The notes under the pieces were generated by a model. It did not search any database. It was not told where the DNA came from and saw nothing but the letters and a program-made list of their open reading frames with translations. This document shows, in pieces, positions 17,150-26,687 of a stretch of DNA of 64,000 bases (its first letter is position 1; every line of letters begins with the position of its first letter). Both the position numbers and the translations under genes were made by a program. Origin of the DNA: Deltaproteobacteria bacterium (GTDB lineage Bacteria > Myxococcota > Kuafuiibacteriia > Kuafuiibacteriales > Kuafuiibacteriaceae); contig JAVJQW010000050.1 in NCBI GenBank assembly GCA_040218735.1, positions 1 to 64,000 on the forward strand, written 5' to 3'.

Positions 17150-20100
17150 TCAGGCCTGGCTCGAGCCCCTCGGCTTCGGCATCACCTTCACGTCGATCGT
17201 CACCTTCTCGCCGTCGATCTTCACCTCGACCGGCTCGCCGCCGACGGCCTCGCCGAGTGTGAGCTTCGCGGTGAGGGTCTCCTTCTTCAGCGCGGCCTCG
17301 CGCGCCGCGCACAGGTCGAGCACCGATTGCGCGCCCGTGAGGCCGAGCGAGATGCGGGCGTCGAAGTCGAGCTTCAGGTCCTTCCTGCGCGCCTGGATCT
17401 TCGAGAGCACCTCGCGGAAGCGGCCGTCGGCGATCAGCTCGTCGGTGAGCGTCGTATCGAGGAGCACCACGCCGGTCGCGGCGCTCGCGGCCGCGAAGCC
17501 CTCCTTCGCCTCGACGTTCACCACCAGATCGTCCGCCGTGAACGTGAGCTCGGAGCCGTCGACGTCGAGGGTCACCTCGCCGCCGTTATCGAGCGCCTGC
17601 TTCAGCGCGTCCGCGTCGGCCGCCATGATCGCCTTCTGGGCCGCCTTCATCTTGCCGCCCAACCGACGCCCGAGCGCCTGGAAGTTGGGCTTCACGACGT
17701 ACGACACCAGGTCGTCCGCCTGCTCGAGGAGCGTCACCTTCACGACGTTCAGCTCCTCCTCCATGATCGACACGTACGGCCGGATGGCCGCCGCGAGATC
17801 CGCGTCCGACACCACCACCTTCGCCTCCGCGAGCGGCTGGCGCGTCTTGAGCTTCTCCTTCGCGCGGACCTGCAGCCCGAGCGACACCAGCTCGCGGACC
17901 TCCTTCATCGCGGCCGACAGCGTCTCGTCGATCCGCGACGCGTCGCCCGTCGGGTACAGCCGAAGGTGCACGCTGTCCGGCGGCCCCTCCCCGTACGGCA
18001 CGACGACGAGGTTTTGGTACATGTCCTCCGCCGCGAACGGGATGAACGGCGCGAGCATCAGCGACAGGTCACGGAGGCACTGGTACAGCGTCCAGTACGC
18101 GTCGAGTTTGTCCTGCCCGCGGCCCTCGGCCCAGAAGCGCTCCCGCGACCGGCGCACGTACCAGTTCGAGAGCCCCTCCACGAAGTCGGTCAGCAGCTGC
18201 GTGGCCTCGTACGACGCGTACTCGTCCATGCGCTCGACGACCTGCATCTTCGTCTTCTCGAGCTCCGACAGGATCCACCGGTCGAGCAGCGGGCGCTCCT
18301 GCACGCCGCGCTTCATCTTCTCGTCCGCGACCGGATCGAAGTGGTCGATGTTCGCGTAGGTGACGAAGAACGAGTAGACGTTGCGGAGCTTGATCGGCAG
18401 CTCCTTCTGCAGCGTCCGCACGTTCGACAGCGAGTGGCGCGTGTTGTTCCACGGCGGATTCGACGCGTAGAAGAACCACCGGAACGCGTCCGCGCCCGGC
18501 GCCGGCATCCCGCCGTACTCCACCATCACGCGCTGGTCCTCGGGCAGGTCCGGGACCTCCTTCGGCTTCACGTCCGTCGGCCCGAAGGCGAGCCCCAGCG
18601 CCTCGCGATCCTCCTCGGTCAGACGCAGCACGCGCCGCGGGAGCGACTGCTTCTCCGGGGCGAGCCCCTTCTTCACCTTGTGCACCACGAGCTTCACCTC
18701 GCGGCGCACGTCCGGGTTCGCGGTCCGGTACAGCGTGACCTTCGTGCCCTCCTTGAGGTCGAGCCCCTCCAGATCCTCGCGACCGATCCACGCCGTGCCC
18801 GGCTTGGGCGCCGCGATGCCCTCGGCGTACGGCGCGCTCGCCTCCACCGGGGCGAACTGCATCCGCACGTGGTCGAGGATGACCTCCGGCGGCGTGTAGT
18901 TGCCCTTGCTCTTGCTCTCCTTCTTGCCGTCGCGGTCGAGCACCAGCCCCAGCACGATGCAGCGCTTGTAGGGGTGTGGCGCCTCGCGGCCCTCGAAGAT
19001 GAGGTTCGAGATCATCATCAGCGAGTAGAACCAACCGCGGGTCTGGTCGATCGCCTCGGAGATGAAGTCGGCCGGGAACGCGCGCTCGAACTCCGCCTTC
19101 GAGCCGTCCACGTGCGGGTAGCCGAGCTGCGCGAACGGCATGCAGCCGGAGTCGAACCAGCAGTCGATCACCTCCGGAACGCGCCGCATCGTGCCCGCGC
19201 ACTTGCTACACCCGAACGTCACCGCGTCGATCCACGGCTTGTGGACGATCAGGTGCTCGGACAGCGTCGGGTCCTTCGCCTTCGCCTCCGCGAACGCGGC
19301 GAACGCCTCCGGGTTCCTCTTCTCGATCGCCGCGCAGGAGTCCGGCGCCTCCATCGTCCCGCAGCCGTCGCACACCCAGATGTTGAGCGGCGTGCCCCAG
19401 AAGCGCTCGCGCGACAGCGCCCAGTCGACGTTGCCCGCGAGGAAGTCACCGAAGCGGCCGTCCTTCACGTGCTCGGGCGACCACTTCACCTCCTGGTTGT
19501 TCTCGATGACGTTGTCGATCTTCGCGGTCGTGCGGATGAACCACGCGTCGCGCGCGTACTGGATCAGCGGGTCGTTCTCGGCGCGCTCCGCGAACGGGTA
19601 ATCGTGCTCGTAGACCTCGCGGTGGTAGAGGAGCCCGCGCGACTCGAGGTCCTTCATCAGCGGCTTGTCGGCGTCCTTGACCCAGGTGCCCTCGAGCCCG
19701 AGCGACGCGAGGCGCTCGTCGAGCTGCCCGTTCTCGCGCACCGCGCAGAACATCTCGATCGCGTCGTCCTTCATCTTCTCGTTGCGCCACACGCGCCAGT
19801 CGTCGTCGCCGAACGCGGGGGCGAGGTGGACGATGCCCGTGCCGGCGTCGAGCGTGACGAACCACTGCGGCGTGCCGCCCTGCGAGCGGTCACCGCCGAC
19901 GACGCGCCAGTAGCGCCCCTCGGCCGGGTCGTGGTCCTTCGCGTAGATGTCGAACGGCGGGACGTAGCGCTTCCCGATCAGGTCCGCGCCCTTCACGGTC
20001 TTCACGACTTCGAGCTCGCGGCCGACCTTCTCGCCGATCGTCTCGACGAGCTCCTTCGCGACGACGATCGTCTCACCCTCGTCCTTCACGTAGGCGTACT

Positions 20101-20830
20101 CGAAGTCCGGGTGCACCGCCGCGAACATGTTCGAGGGGAGCGTCCAGGGGGTCGTCGTCCACACCACCAGCGACGCGTCCTCGTCGACCAGCTTGAACCG
20201 CACGTACGCCGACGGGTCCTGCACGGTTCGGTAGGACCCGCCGACCTCGCCGGCGGACAGCGCGGTGCCGCCCTGCGCCCACCACCAGACGACCTTGTGG
20301 CCCTTGTAGAGCAGGCCCTTTTGGAAGAGCTGCGACAGCGCCCACCAGACCGACTCGACGTAGGACTTGTGGAAGGTGACGTAGGCGGTGTCGAGGTCCA
20401 CCCAGAACCCGATGCGCTCGGTGAGGTGCTCCCACTCCTCGGTGTACTTGAACACCGACGCGAGGCACTTTTGGGCGAAGCGGTCGACGCCGTACTCCAG
20501 GATGGCGTCCTTGCCGCGGATGCGGAGGTCCTTCTCGACCTCGACCTCGACCGGCAGGCCGTGGGTGTCCCACCCCGCGCGCCGCTCCACGTGGTAGCCG
20601 CGCATCGTCATGTAGCGGGGGAAGAGGTCCTTGATGACGCGGGTCAGCACGTGGCCGTTGTGCGGGAGGCCGTTGGCGGTCGGGGGGCCTTCGTAGAACA
20701 CGAAGTCGGGCTTGTCGCGGGATTCGGCCAGGGACCGGCGGAAGACTTCGCGCGCCTTCCACAGCTCGAGAATCCGGCCTTCGAGGGCGGGGAAGTCCGG
20801 GACGGCTTGATCGACCTTGGAGAACGCCAT
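17150..20830 (-). CDS. ileS: Isoleucyl-tRNA synthetase, type 2
   Basis: FVFYEGPPTANGLPHNGH, GWDTHGLPVE, WTTTPWTLPSN, DWALSRERFWGTP, EVIDCWFDSG, EAIDQTRGWFY. Confidence 0.98.
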   Translation of the reverse strand: MAFSKVDQAVPDFPALEGRILELWKAREVFRRSLAESRDKPDFVFYEGPPTANGLPHNGHVLTRVIKDLFPRYMTMRGYHVERRAGWDTHGLPVEVEVEKDLRIRGKDAILEYGVDRFAQKCLASVFKYTEEWEHLTERIGFWVDLDTAYVTFHKSYVESVWWALSQLFQKGLLYKGHKVVWWWAQGGTALSAGEVGGSYRTVQDPSAYVRFKLVDEDASLVVWTTTPWTLPSNMFAAVHPDFEYAYVKDEGETIVVAKELVETIGEKVGRELEVVKTVKGADLIGKRYVPPFDIYAKDHDPAEGRYWRVVGGDRSQGGTPQWFVTLDAGTGIVHLAPAFGDDDWRVWRNEKMKDDAIEMFCAVRENGQLDERLASLGLEGTWVKDADKPLMKDLESRGLLYHREVYEHDYPFAERAENDPLIQYARDAWFIRTTAKIDNVIENNQEVKWSPEHVKDGRFGDFLAGNVDWALSRERFWGTPLNIWVCDGCGTMEAPDSCAAIEKRNPEAFAAFAEAKAKDPTLSEHLIVHKPWIDAVTFGCSKCAGTMRRVPEVIDCWFDSGCMPFAQLGYPHVDGSKAEFERAFPADFISEAIDQTRGWFYSLMMISNLIFEGREAPHPYKRCIVLGLVLDRDGKKESKSKGNYTPPEVILDHVRMQFAPVEASAPYAEGIAAPKPGTAWIGREDLEGLDLKEGTKVTLYRTANPDVRREVKLVVHKVKKGLAPEKQSLPRRVLRLTEEDREALGLAFGPTDVKPKEVPDLPEDQRVMVEYGGMPAPGADAFRWFFYASNPPWNNTRHSLSNVRTLQKELPIKLRNVYSFFVTYANIDHFDPVADEKMKRGVQERPLLDRWILSELEKTKMQVVERMDEYASYEATQLLTDFVEGLSNWYVRRSRERFWAEGRGQDKLDAYWTLYQCLRDLSLMLAPFIPFAAEDMYQNLVVVPYGEGPPDSVHLRLYPTGDASRIDETLSAAMKEVRELVSLGLQVRAKEKLKTRQPLAEAKVVVSDADLAAAIRPYVSIMEEELNVVKVTLLEQADDLVSYVVKPNFQALGRRLGGKMKAAQKAIMAADADALKQALDNGGEVTLDVDGSELTFTADDLVVNVEAKEGFAAASAATGVVLLDTTLTDELIADGRFREVLSKIQARRKDLKLDFDARISLGLTGAQSVLDLCAAREAALKKETLTAKLTLGEAVGGEPVEVKIDGEKVTIDVKVMPKPRGSSQA

Positions 20831-20967
20831 GGCGCGCGGACCCTAGTACGGCGAACCAGCCGAGGCCATACATTCATGGCGGGCGCCGGCGCCTCGAAAA
20901 TCTGACCCTCGCGCACCGTCCGCAAAGTAGAATCCCCGAGGCCCCAACCTTGCACTCCGTACGCGCC

Positions 20968-23868
20968 GTGCGCCGCTCGCTCCTCGTCGCCCTCGCCTTC
21001 GCCGGCACCGCGTGCCCGGGTGAGTCGCGCCCGCCGGCCCCGATTCTCGGTGAAGTCCGGATCAGCGAAGTGGTGTCCTCGAACCTCGGCGGGGGCCCCC
21101 ACGCGGGGCGCGACGAGCGCGGCGAGTGGGACGACTGGATCGAGCTTCAGAACCTGACCGACCACGACGTGGACCTCGCGGGGCTCTTCGTCAGCGACCA
21201 CCTCGGCGACGCGCGTCGCTACCAAATCCCGCTCGACCCCGCGTTGGTCCTGAAGGCGGGCGCGCGCCGGATGCTCTTCGCGGACGGCGAGGTGCACCAG
21301 GGCTCGGCGCACCTGCCCTTCCTGATCGCGTCGAAGGGCGAAGGCGTGGTCATCACCACCGCCGACGGCGTAGAGCTCGACGCGATCTCGGTGCCTCCGC
21401 TCGCCACCGGCGAGTCCTACGCGCGCCTCGACGACGGCTTCACGGTCTGCGCCACACCCACGCCGAACGCCAAGAACGACTGCGTCGACCTCCCGACCAT
21501 CCCCACGACCTACGACCCGTACGCATGGCCCGACCCGTGGCCCCCGGTGAACGACGCGGCGGTGCTGATCTCGGAGGTGTCGCGCACTTTCGTCGAGCTC
21601 GAAAACCACGGCCCGGCGATCGACCTCGCGACGCTGACGCTCGCCTTCACGACGCTCGTGCCCCCCGCGACTTCGGGCGAGCCGACCGCGATCCCTGTGA
21701 CCGGGACACTCGCCGCGAACGCCCGGATGGCGATCGACGTCGCGCTCCCGGACGGCGCCCTCGTCACCCTCGCGGACGGGGACGAGGCGCTCGACCGCGT
21801 CACGTTCGAAGCGCTCGGCGAAGACGTCCTCGCCCGCCCCGCCGACGGGACGGACCTGCACCTGCGCTGCGGCCCCGACAGCGCCACACCCGGCGCGTCC
21901 TTCGACGGGTGTTCGACCCCGACCGGCACCTCGCGCCCCGCGTTCCTGCGCGGGCTTCGGTCCGACGCCGACATCGACCGCCTCGCGGAGCACGACCCCG
22001 AGCGCACCTCCGACGCGCGCTCGGTTAAGTTCGTCATCGATCGCCTCAACGGGAACACCGTGTACTTCATGGACAGCGAGACGTTCCCGCTGCACTTCGA
22101 CTGGGTCTGGGAGGTCATCGAGAAGAAGGCGCCGTTCGATCTGTGTGACGCGCAGGAGCGAGCCATCCACGACGCCGAGTGGGTGCGCTTCTCGCAGCGC
22201 AACTACTTCAACAACGTGAACCGCCCGTACTACCTCGGCACGCTCGTCCACTACGTCGACTCCGACCTGTTCACGATCGAGTTCGCGAGCGGCGACCGCA
22301 TCACGCCGCAGCAGATTCGCGAGGCGTTCTTCCTCGTCGCCGAAGCGGTGCGCGAGCCCGAGCGCCTCTTCCTCCGCCCCACCACCGCGAGCTTCGAGGA
22401 GCGGATGGGTGAGCTGGAGGGGCACGTGCCGATCGTCCCGGCCGGTGCGCCGTTCATGGGGACGCGCTTCGTCGCGCTCAACCCGGGGGTCGCGTACGGG
22501 ACGCTGGTGCACGTCGAGGACCCGGCCGAGGCGGTGCTTTCGTTTCAAACGATTCCGATCTTCTCGCGCATCCCGAACGACGTCCCGCTGGTGTCCGGAA
22601 CGATCACCGAGGAGCTGCAGACGCCGCTCGCCCACGTGAACGTCCTCGCGCAGAACCGCGGGACGCCGAACATGGCGCTGCTCGACGCCGCGACCGACGA
22701 ACGCATCGCGCCCTTCTTGGATCGGCTGGTCCGGCTGGAGGTCTCGGGCGACGACTTCTCGATCCACGCGGCGACCTCGACGGAGGCGGAGGCATTCTGG
22801 GAGGAGCGCTTCGGGAGCCGCCCGCCGTTCACGCCGGAGCGCGACGTGTCGGTGCGGAACATCGTGGATCTGTCGACGGCGTCGATCGTCGACACCCCGC
22901 GGGTCGGTGCGAAGGCGGCGCAGTACGCGGAGCTGATGAACCTGGACTTTCAACGCTTCGGCGGCGCGTGCGCGGTGCTGAGCGGCGACAAGCTCCTCCC
23001 GATCCCGCGCCCTGCGTTCGCGATTCCGTTCGCGCGGTACCTCGACCACCTCGAGCGCCACGGCATCGACGCCGAGATCGACGCGCTGATGGCGAACCTC
23101 CCCGAGGGCGTGGCCGAGCGGCGCGAGGCGGTGGAGCGCATCGCGAAGCGCATCGAGGACGCGCCGGTGGATCCGGCCTTCCTCGCTTCCCTCGAGTCGT
23201 TGGTGTCGTCGCGCTTCGGGCCGGAGCGCGTGCGCCTACGGTCGAGCACGAACGTCGAGGACCTCGTCGGCTTCAACGGCGCCGGTCTGTACACGTCGAA
23301 GTCCGCGCAGGCGAACAGCGACGTGCGCCCGATCTCGGACGCGCTGCGCGAGGTCTGGGCGAGCACGTTCACGTTCCGGGCGTTCGAGGAGCGGCGTCTG
23401 TTCAACGTCGACGAGTCGCAGGTCGCGATGGGCGTGTTGGTGCACCGCGGCTTCCCCGGCGAGGACGCCAACGGCGTGGTCATCACCAAGAACATCATCG
23501 ACCCGGCGCGCGCGGGTTACTACGTCAACGCGCAGGTCGGGGAGATCTCCGTCGTGAACCCCGAGGGGGCCTTCGTCGCGGAGCAGCTGCTGTACAAGGC
23601 GTTCAACCCGCCGGAGATCTCGGTGCTCGCGCGTTCGAGCGTGACCCAGGGCGCGCCCGTGCTGAGCCTCGCCGAGGCGCAGCGCCTCGCGTGTGTCGTG
23701 AGCGCCGCACACAACCGCTTCGCGGACCACTACACGGACCCGCTCACCCGCGCGGACTTTGCGCTCGACGTGGAGTTCAAGATCGACGGACCGAACCGCG
23801 ACGTCGTCATCAAGCAGGCGCGACCGTACATCGGGGTCGCGGTGGTCGAGACGACGTGTTCCGAGTGA
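20968..23868 (+). CDS. Lipoprotein with lamin-tail domain(s) and PEP/pyruvate-binding (PPDK_N, ATP-grasp) domain
   Basis: Signal ending in TAC; VRISEVVSSN...DWIELQN (LTD); VGAKAA, RSSTNVEDLVGFNGAGLY, VWAS, DVEFK...IKQARP (PPDK_N). Confidence 0.8.
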   Translation: MRRSLLVALAFAGTACPGESRPPAPILGEVRISEVVSSNLGGGPHAGRDERGEWDDWIELQNLTDHDVDLAGLFVSDHLGDARRYQIPLDPALVLKAGARRMLFADGEVHQGSAHLPFLIASKGEGVVITTADGVELDAISVPPLATGESYARLDDGFTVCATPTPNAKNDCVDLPTIPTTYDPYAWPDPWPPVNDAAVLISEVSRTFVELENHGPAIDLATLTLAFTTLVPPATSGEPTAIPVTGTLAANARMAIDVALPDGALVTLADGDEALDRVTFEALGEDVLARPADGTDLHLRCGPDSATPGASFDGCSTPTGTSRPAFLRGLRSDADIDRLAEHDPERTSDARSVKFVIDRLNGNTVYFMDSETFPLHFDWVWEVIEKKAPFDLCDAQERAIHDAEWVRFSQRNYFNNVNRPYYLGTLVHYVDSDLFTIEFASGDRITPQQIREAFFLVAEAVREPERLFLRPTTASFEERMGELEGHVPIVPAGAPFMGTRFVALNPGVAYGTLVHVEDPAEAVLSFQTIPIFSRIPNDVPLVSGTITEELQTPLAHVNVLAQNRGTPNMALLDAATDERIAPFLDRLVRLEVSGDDFSIHAATSTEAEAFWEERFGSRPPFTPERDVSVRNIVDLSTASIVDTPRVGAKAAQYAELMNLDFQRFGGACAVLSGDKLLPIPRPAFAIPFARYLDHLERHGIDAEIDALMANLPEGVAERREAVERIAKRIEDAPVDPAFLASLESLVSSRFGPERVRLRSSTNVEDLVGFNGAGLYTSKSAQANSDVRPISDALREVWASTFTFRAFEERRLFNVDESQVAMGVLVHRGFPGEDANGVVITKNIIDPARAGYYVNAQVGEISVVNPEGAFVAEQLLYKAFNPPEISVLARSSVTQGAPVLSLAEAQRLACVVSAAHNRFADHYTDPLTRADFALDVEFKIDGPNRDVVIKQARPYIGVAVVETTCSE

Positions 23869-23947
23869 CCGTTTCGGGCCGGTAACGTTTCGAAACGCGG
23901 AGTCCGCGGGAGGGAACCGCCTCGGCCACGAACGACGACATCGCGCG

Positions 23948-23962
23948 TGGCACATCCGTTGC
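23948..23962 (+). promoter_or_regulatory. Sigma54 promoter of the CBS gene
   Basis: TGGCACA-tccg-TTGC, 13 nt before ATG 23976. Confidence 0.7.
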
Positions 23963-23975
23963 GAGGCGAAGGGGC

Positions 23976-24377
23976 ATGGCTGCCAAGCTCGTCAAAGACC
24001 TCATGACGACGGACCTCGAGACGCTCGCGATGCACGAGACCGTCGACCTCGCCGCGACGATCATCGCGCTGGCGCGGATCCGTCACTTGCCGGTGACCGA
24101 TCACCAAGACCAGCTGCGCGGGCTTGTCACGCACCGCGACGTGCTGGAGGCGATCGCGAACCAGACCAAGTCGGGCGAGCTCGACCTGTCGAAGCTGGAG
24201 GTCCGGGAGATCATGCGTCGGGACCTGCACACGGTGACGCCGGACATGAAGCTCAGCGCGGCGGCGCAGATCATGTTCGAGCGCAAGTACGGGTGCCTGC
24301 CGGTCCTCGATGACGGCAAGCTGGTCGGCATCATCACGGAAGCGGACTTCGTCTACGCCGCGACCGAAGACGCGTGA
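23976..24377 (+). CDS. CBS-pair domain protein
   Basis: VKDLMT...IRHLPV...GLVTHRD; VREIM...YGCLPVLDDGKLVGIITEAD. Confidence 0.92.
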   Translation: MAAKLVKDLMTTDLETLAMHETVDLAATIIALARIRHLPVTDHQDQLRGLVTHRDVLEAIANQTKSGELDLSKLEVREIMRRDLHTVTPDMKLSAAAQIMFERKYGCLPVLDDGKLVGIITEADFVYAATEDA

Positions 24378-24429
24378 CCGCGCTTTGCGAAGGTGCGCGC
24401 CGACGTTAGGCTCGGCGCGCGAGGCAATC

Positions 24430-24780
24430 GTGAAGAAGATGTCGATTCCAGTCTTGGCAGTGGTTCTGCTGCTCGTGGTCGGTTTCCTGGTGTTGCGCGG
24501 CGGAGGCGGTGGTGTCTCCAGCGACGACGCCAAACAGCTCGTGAAGGACGGCGCGGTCCTGCTCGACGTGAGGACCACCGGGGAGTTCTCGCAGGGGCAC
24601 CTGCCGGGGGCGGTCAACGTCCCGGTGCAGGACCTCGAACAACGGCTCGACGAGCTCGACCCGAAGAAGTCGTACGTCGTCTACTGCCGCAGCGGTGCGC
24701 GGAGCGCGCGCGCGAAGCGGCTCCTCGACGCGAAGGGGTTCTCGGCCGTCTCCGATCTGGGTGCGATGAGCCGATGGTGA
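24430..24780 (+). CDS. Membrane-anchored rhodanese-domain protein
   Basis: N-terminal TM; LLDVRTTGEFSQGHLPGAVNVP; VYCRSGARS active loop. Confidence 0.9.
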   Translation: MKKMSIPVLAVVLLLVVGFLVLRGGGGGVSSDDAKQLVKDGAVLLDVRTTGEFSQGHLPGAVNVPVQDLEQRLDELDPKKSYVVYCRSGARSARAKRLLDAKGFSAVSDLGAMSRW

Positions 24781-25844
24781 AACGCGCGCTCGTCGTCCTG
24801 TTCGCGCTCGCGGCCTGCAAGCAGTCCGAGCCGAAGGCTCCGCAGGTCGACGTCGCGGCGCTGAAGGATCCGAACAACTGTCGGCCTTGCCACGCCGCAG
24901 TGGTCGACGAATGGCAAGCCAGCTTGCACGCCGGTGCACACGAGGACCCGATCTTCGTCGGCGTCCGGACGCTCCGCTCGAAGAAGGAACAGGACCTCGA
25001 GACGAAGTGCGCCGTCTGCCACGCGCCGGTCGCGGCGACGTCGGGCGTCACGTGTTTTGCGTGCCACGCGACGGCGGAGGTCCACGCGGATCGTGGGCGC
25101 GGGAAGAAGGCGCTGACATGGTCGTCGGACGGGCGGCTCTACGGGCCGTCGGACCTGCCGGCGAAGAAGACGCCGGTGCACGGGACGGGCGCGGCGCCCG
25201 CCCACCTGAAGGACGGCGCGACGCTGTGCCTCGCCTGCCACGGAGACCTCGCGAACGCCGACGGCGTCCCGCTGTGCCAGACGGCCACCGAGTGGGAAGC
25301 CGCGAAGAGCGGAAAGTCGTGCGTCGATTGCCACATGCCTCCGGCGAAGGGGCCGGCGAGCGTCGCGACCGCGAAGACCGAGCACACCAGTCACCGCTTC
25401 GCAGGGCCGCGCGGGTTGTGGACCACCGAGGGGGCGATCGCGGAGCGGAAGCTCGTGAGCGTCTCGGGGGCGATCGTCGACGGCCAGCTCGAGGTGCGCG
25501 TCGAGAACCGCACCGGGCATGCGTTCCCGAGCGGCTTCCCGGGGCGGATGGCGAAGGTCGTCGCGACGTCGGGTGATTACGCGCAGGAAGTGCTGCTCGC
25601 GAAGCGTCACGAGGACGCGGACGGCAAGCCGACCATCGCGGCCTACGCCAAGAAGATCACGGCCGACACGCGGCTGCTCCCGAACGAGACCCGCGTCGTG
25701 AAGTGGCCCGCGCCCGAGGGAGACGCACCGATTGAAGTGAAGGTCGTGTTGCGGCTGCTGCCGCCTCCGTTGGCGGAGAAGATCGGCGTCGACGGCCCGC
25801 TCGCGGCGCCGCGCGTGGTCGCGAAGACGACGGTCACTCGCTGA
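24774..25844 (+). CDS. Pentaheme c-type cytochrome lipoprotein
   Basis: Lipobox LAAC; five CxxCH motifs (CRPCH, CAVCH, CFACH, CLACH, CVDCH); GHAFPSG motif. Confidence 0.88.
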   Translation: MVKRALVVLFALAACKQSEPKAPQVDVAALKDPNNCRPCHAAVVDEWQASLHAGAHEDPIFVGVRTLRSKKEQDLETKCAVCHAPVAATSGVTCFACHATAEVHADRGRGKKALTWSSDGRLYGPSDLPAKKTPVHGTGAAPAHLKDGATLCLACHGDLANADGVPLCQTATEWEAAKSGKSCVDCHMPPAKGPASVATAKTEHTSHRFAGPRGLWTTEGAIAERKLVSVSGAIVDGQLEVRVENRTGHAFPSGFPGRMAKVVATSGDYAQEVLLAKRHEDADGKPTIAAYAKKITADTRLLPNETRVVKWPAPEGDAPIEVKVVLRLLPPPLAEKIGVDGPLAAPRVVAKTTVTR

Positions 25845-26658
25845 GGGTGTACGCCGCGAGGCGCTCGTGATCGCGACACGGGAGCTTGGTGCGGAGGCTG
25901 TGCACGCGCTCCAGATCGATCGTCGCGAGCGCGAACGAGACTTCGTCGACACACTGCGCGACGACGGTGCCCCACGGATCTACGATCATCGAGCGCCCGT
26001 AGGTGTTGCGCTTCGCGGCGTTCTGGCCGACCTGCGCCGGGGCGAACACGTAGGCTTGGTTCTCGATCGCCCGCGCGCGTAGGAGCACCTCCCAGTGGTC
26101 GCGCCCCGTCGGGACGGTGAAGGCGGAGGGGACGGTGAGCAGCTCGGCGCCGGCGCGGAAGTAGCTTCGGTAGAGGTCGGGGAAGCGGAGGTCGTAGCAG
26201 ACGGTGAGCCCGATCTTCCCGATCGGCGTGGACGCGAGCACCGGACGTGCGCCCGGCTCGACGGTGCGTGACTCCAGGTGCGTCGCGCCCTCGCCGAGCG
26301 CGACGTCGAACAGGTGGATCTTTCGGTACACGGCGAGCCGTCGGCCGTCCGGACCGAACAGCACCGACGTGTTGTAGGCGCGCTCGGCGGACGGCCCGAC
26401 CTCCGGGAGCGTGCCGGCGAGCAGGAAGACGTCGTTGTCGTCGGCGCACTTTGCGAGCCGGGAGAACGTCGGCCCGTCGACCGGCTCGGCGAGGGGGAGC
26501 TTCGCACGCTCGGGGCCCATGAAGCTGACGTTCTCCGGGAGCGTGACGAACCGCGCCCCCGCGGCGGCGGCCTCGCGGACGAGGCGCTCGGCGCTCGCGA
26601 GCGACGCTTCGACGTCCTCCGTGGTGGTGAGCTGGCAGACCGCCGCGACGTAGCGCAT
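25834..26658 (-). CDS. Carbon-nitrogen hydrolase (Nit1/deaminated glutathione amidase-like)
   Basis: LPEN, YRKIHLFDV and VCYDLRFP triad; HWEVLLRARAIENQ. Confidence 0.92.
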   Translation of the reverse strand: MRYVAAVCQLTTTEDVEASLASAERLVREAAAAGARFVTLPENVSFMGPERAKLPLAEPVDGPTFSRLAKCADDNDVFLLAGTLPEVGPSAERAYNTSVLFGPDGRRLAVYRKIHLFDVALGEGATHLESRTVEPGARPVLASTPIGKIGLTVCYDLRFPDLYRSYFRAGAELLTVPSAFTVPTGRDHWEVLLRARAIENQAYVFAPAQVGQNAAKRNTYGRSMIVDPWGTVVAQCVDEVSFALATIDLERVHSLRTKLPCRDHERLAAYTLSE

Positions 26659-26687
26659 CGAGCGCGAACGTTAGCGCGCGGGCCTCA

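Noticed and set aside
17327-20905. 1192-aa plus-strand ORF (likewise 11341..14307, 37595..40417, 56568..58928)
   Set aside because: Antisense shadows of ileS, the RHS gene, the surface protein and purH; Arg/His/Val-rich with no motifs.
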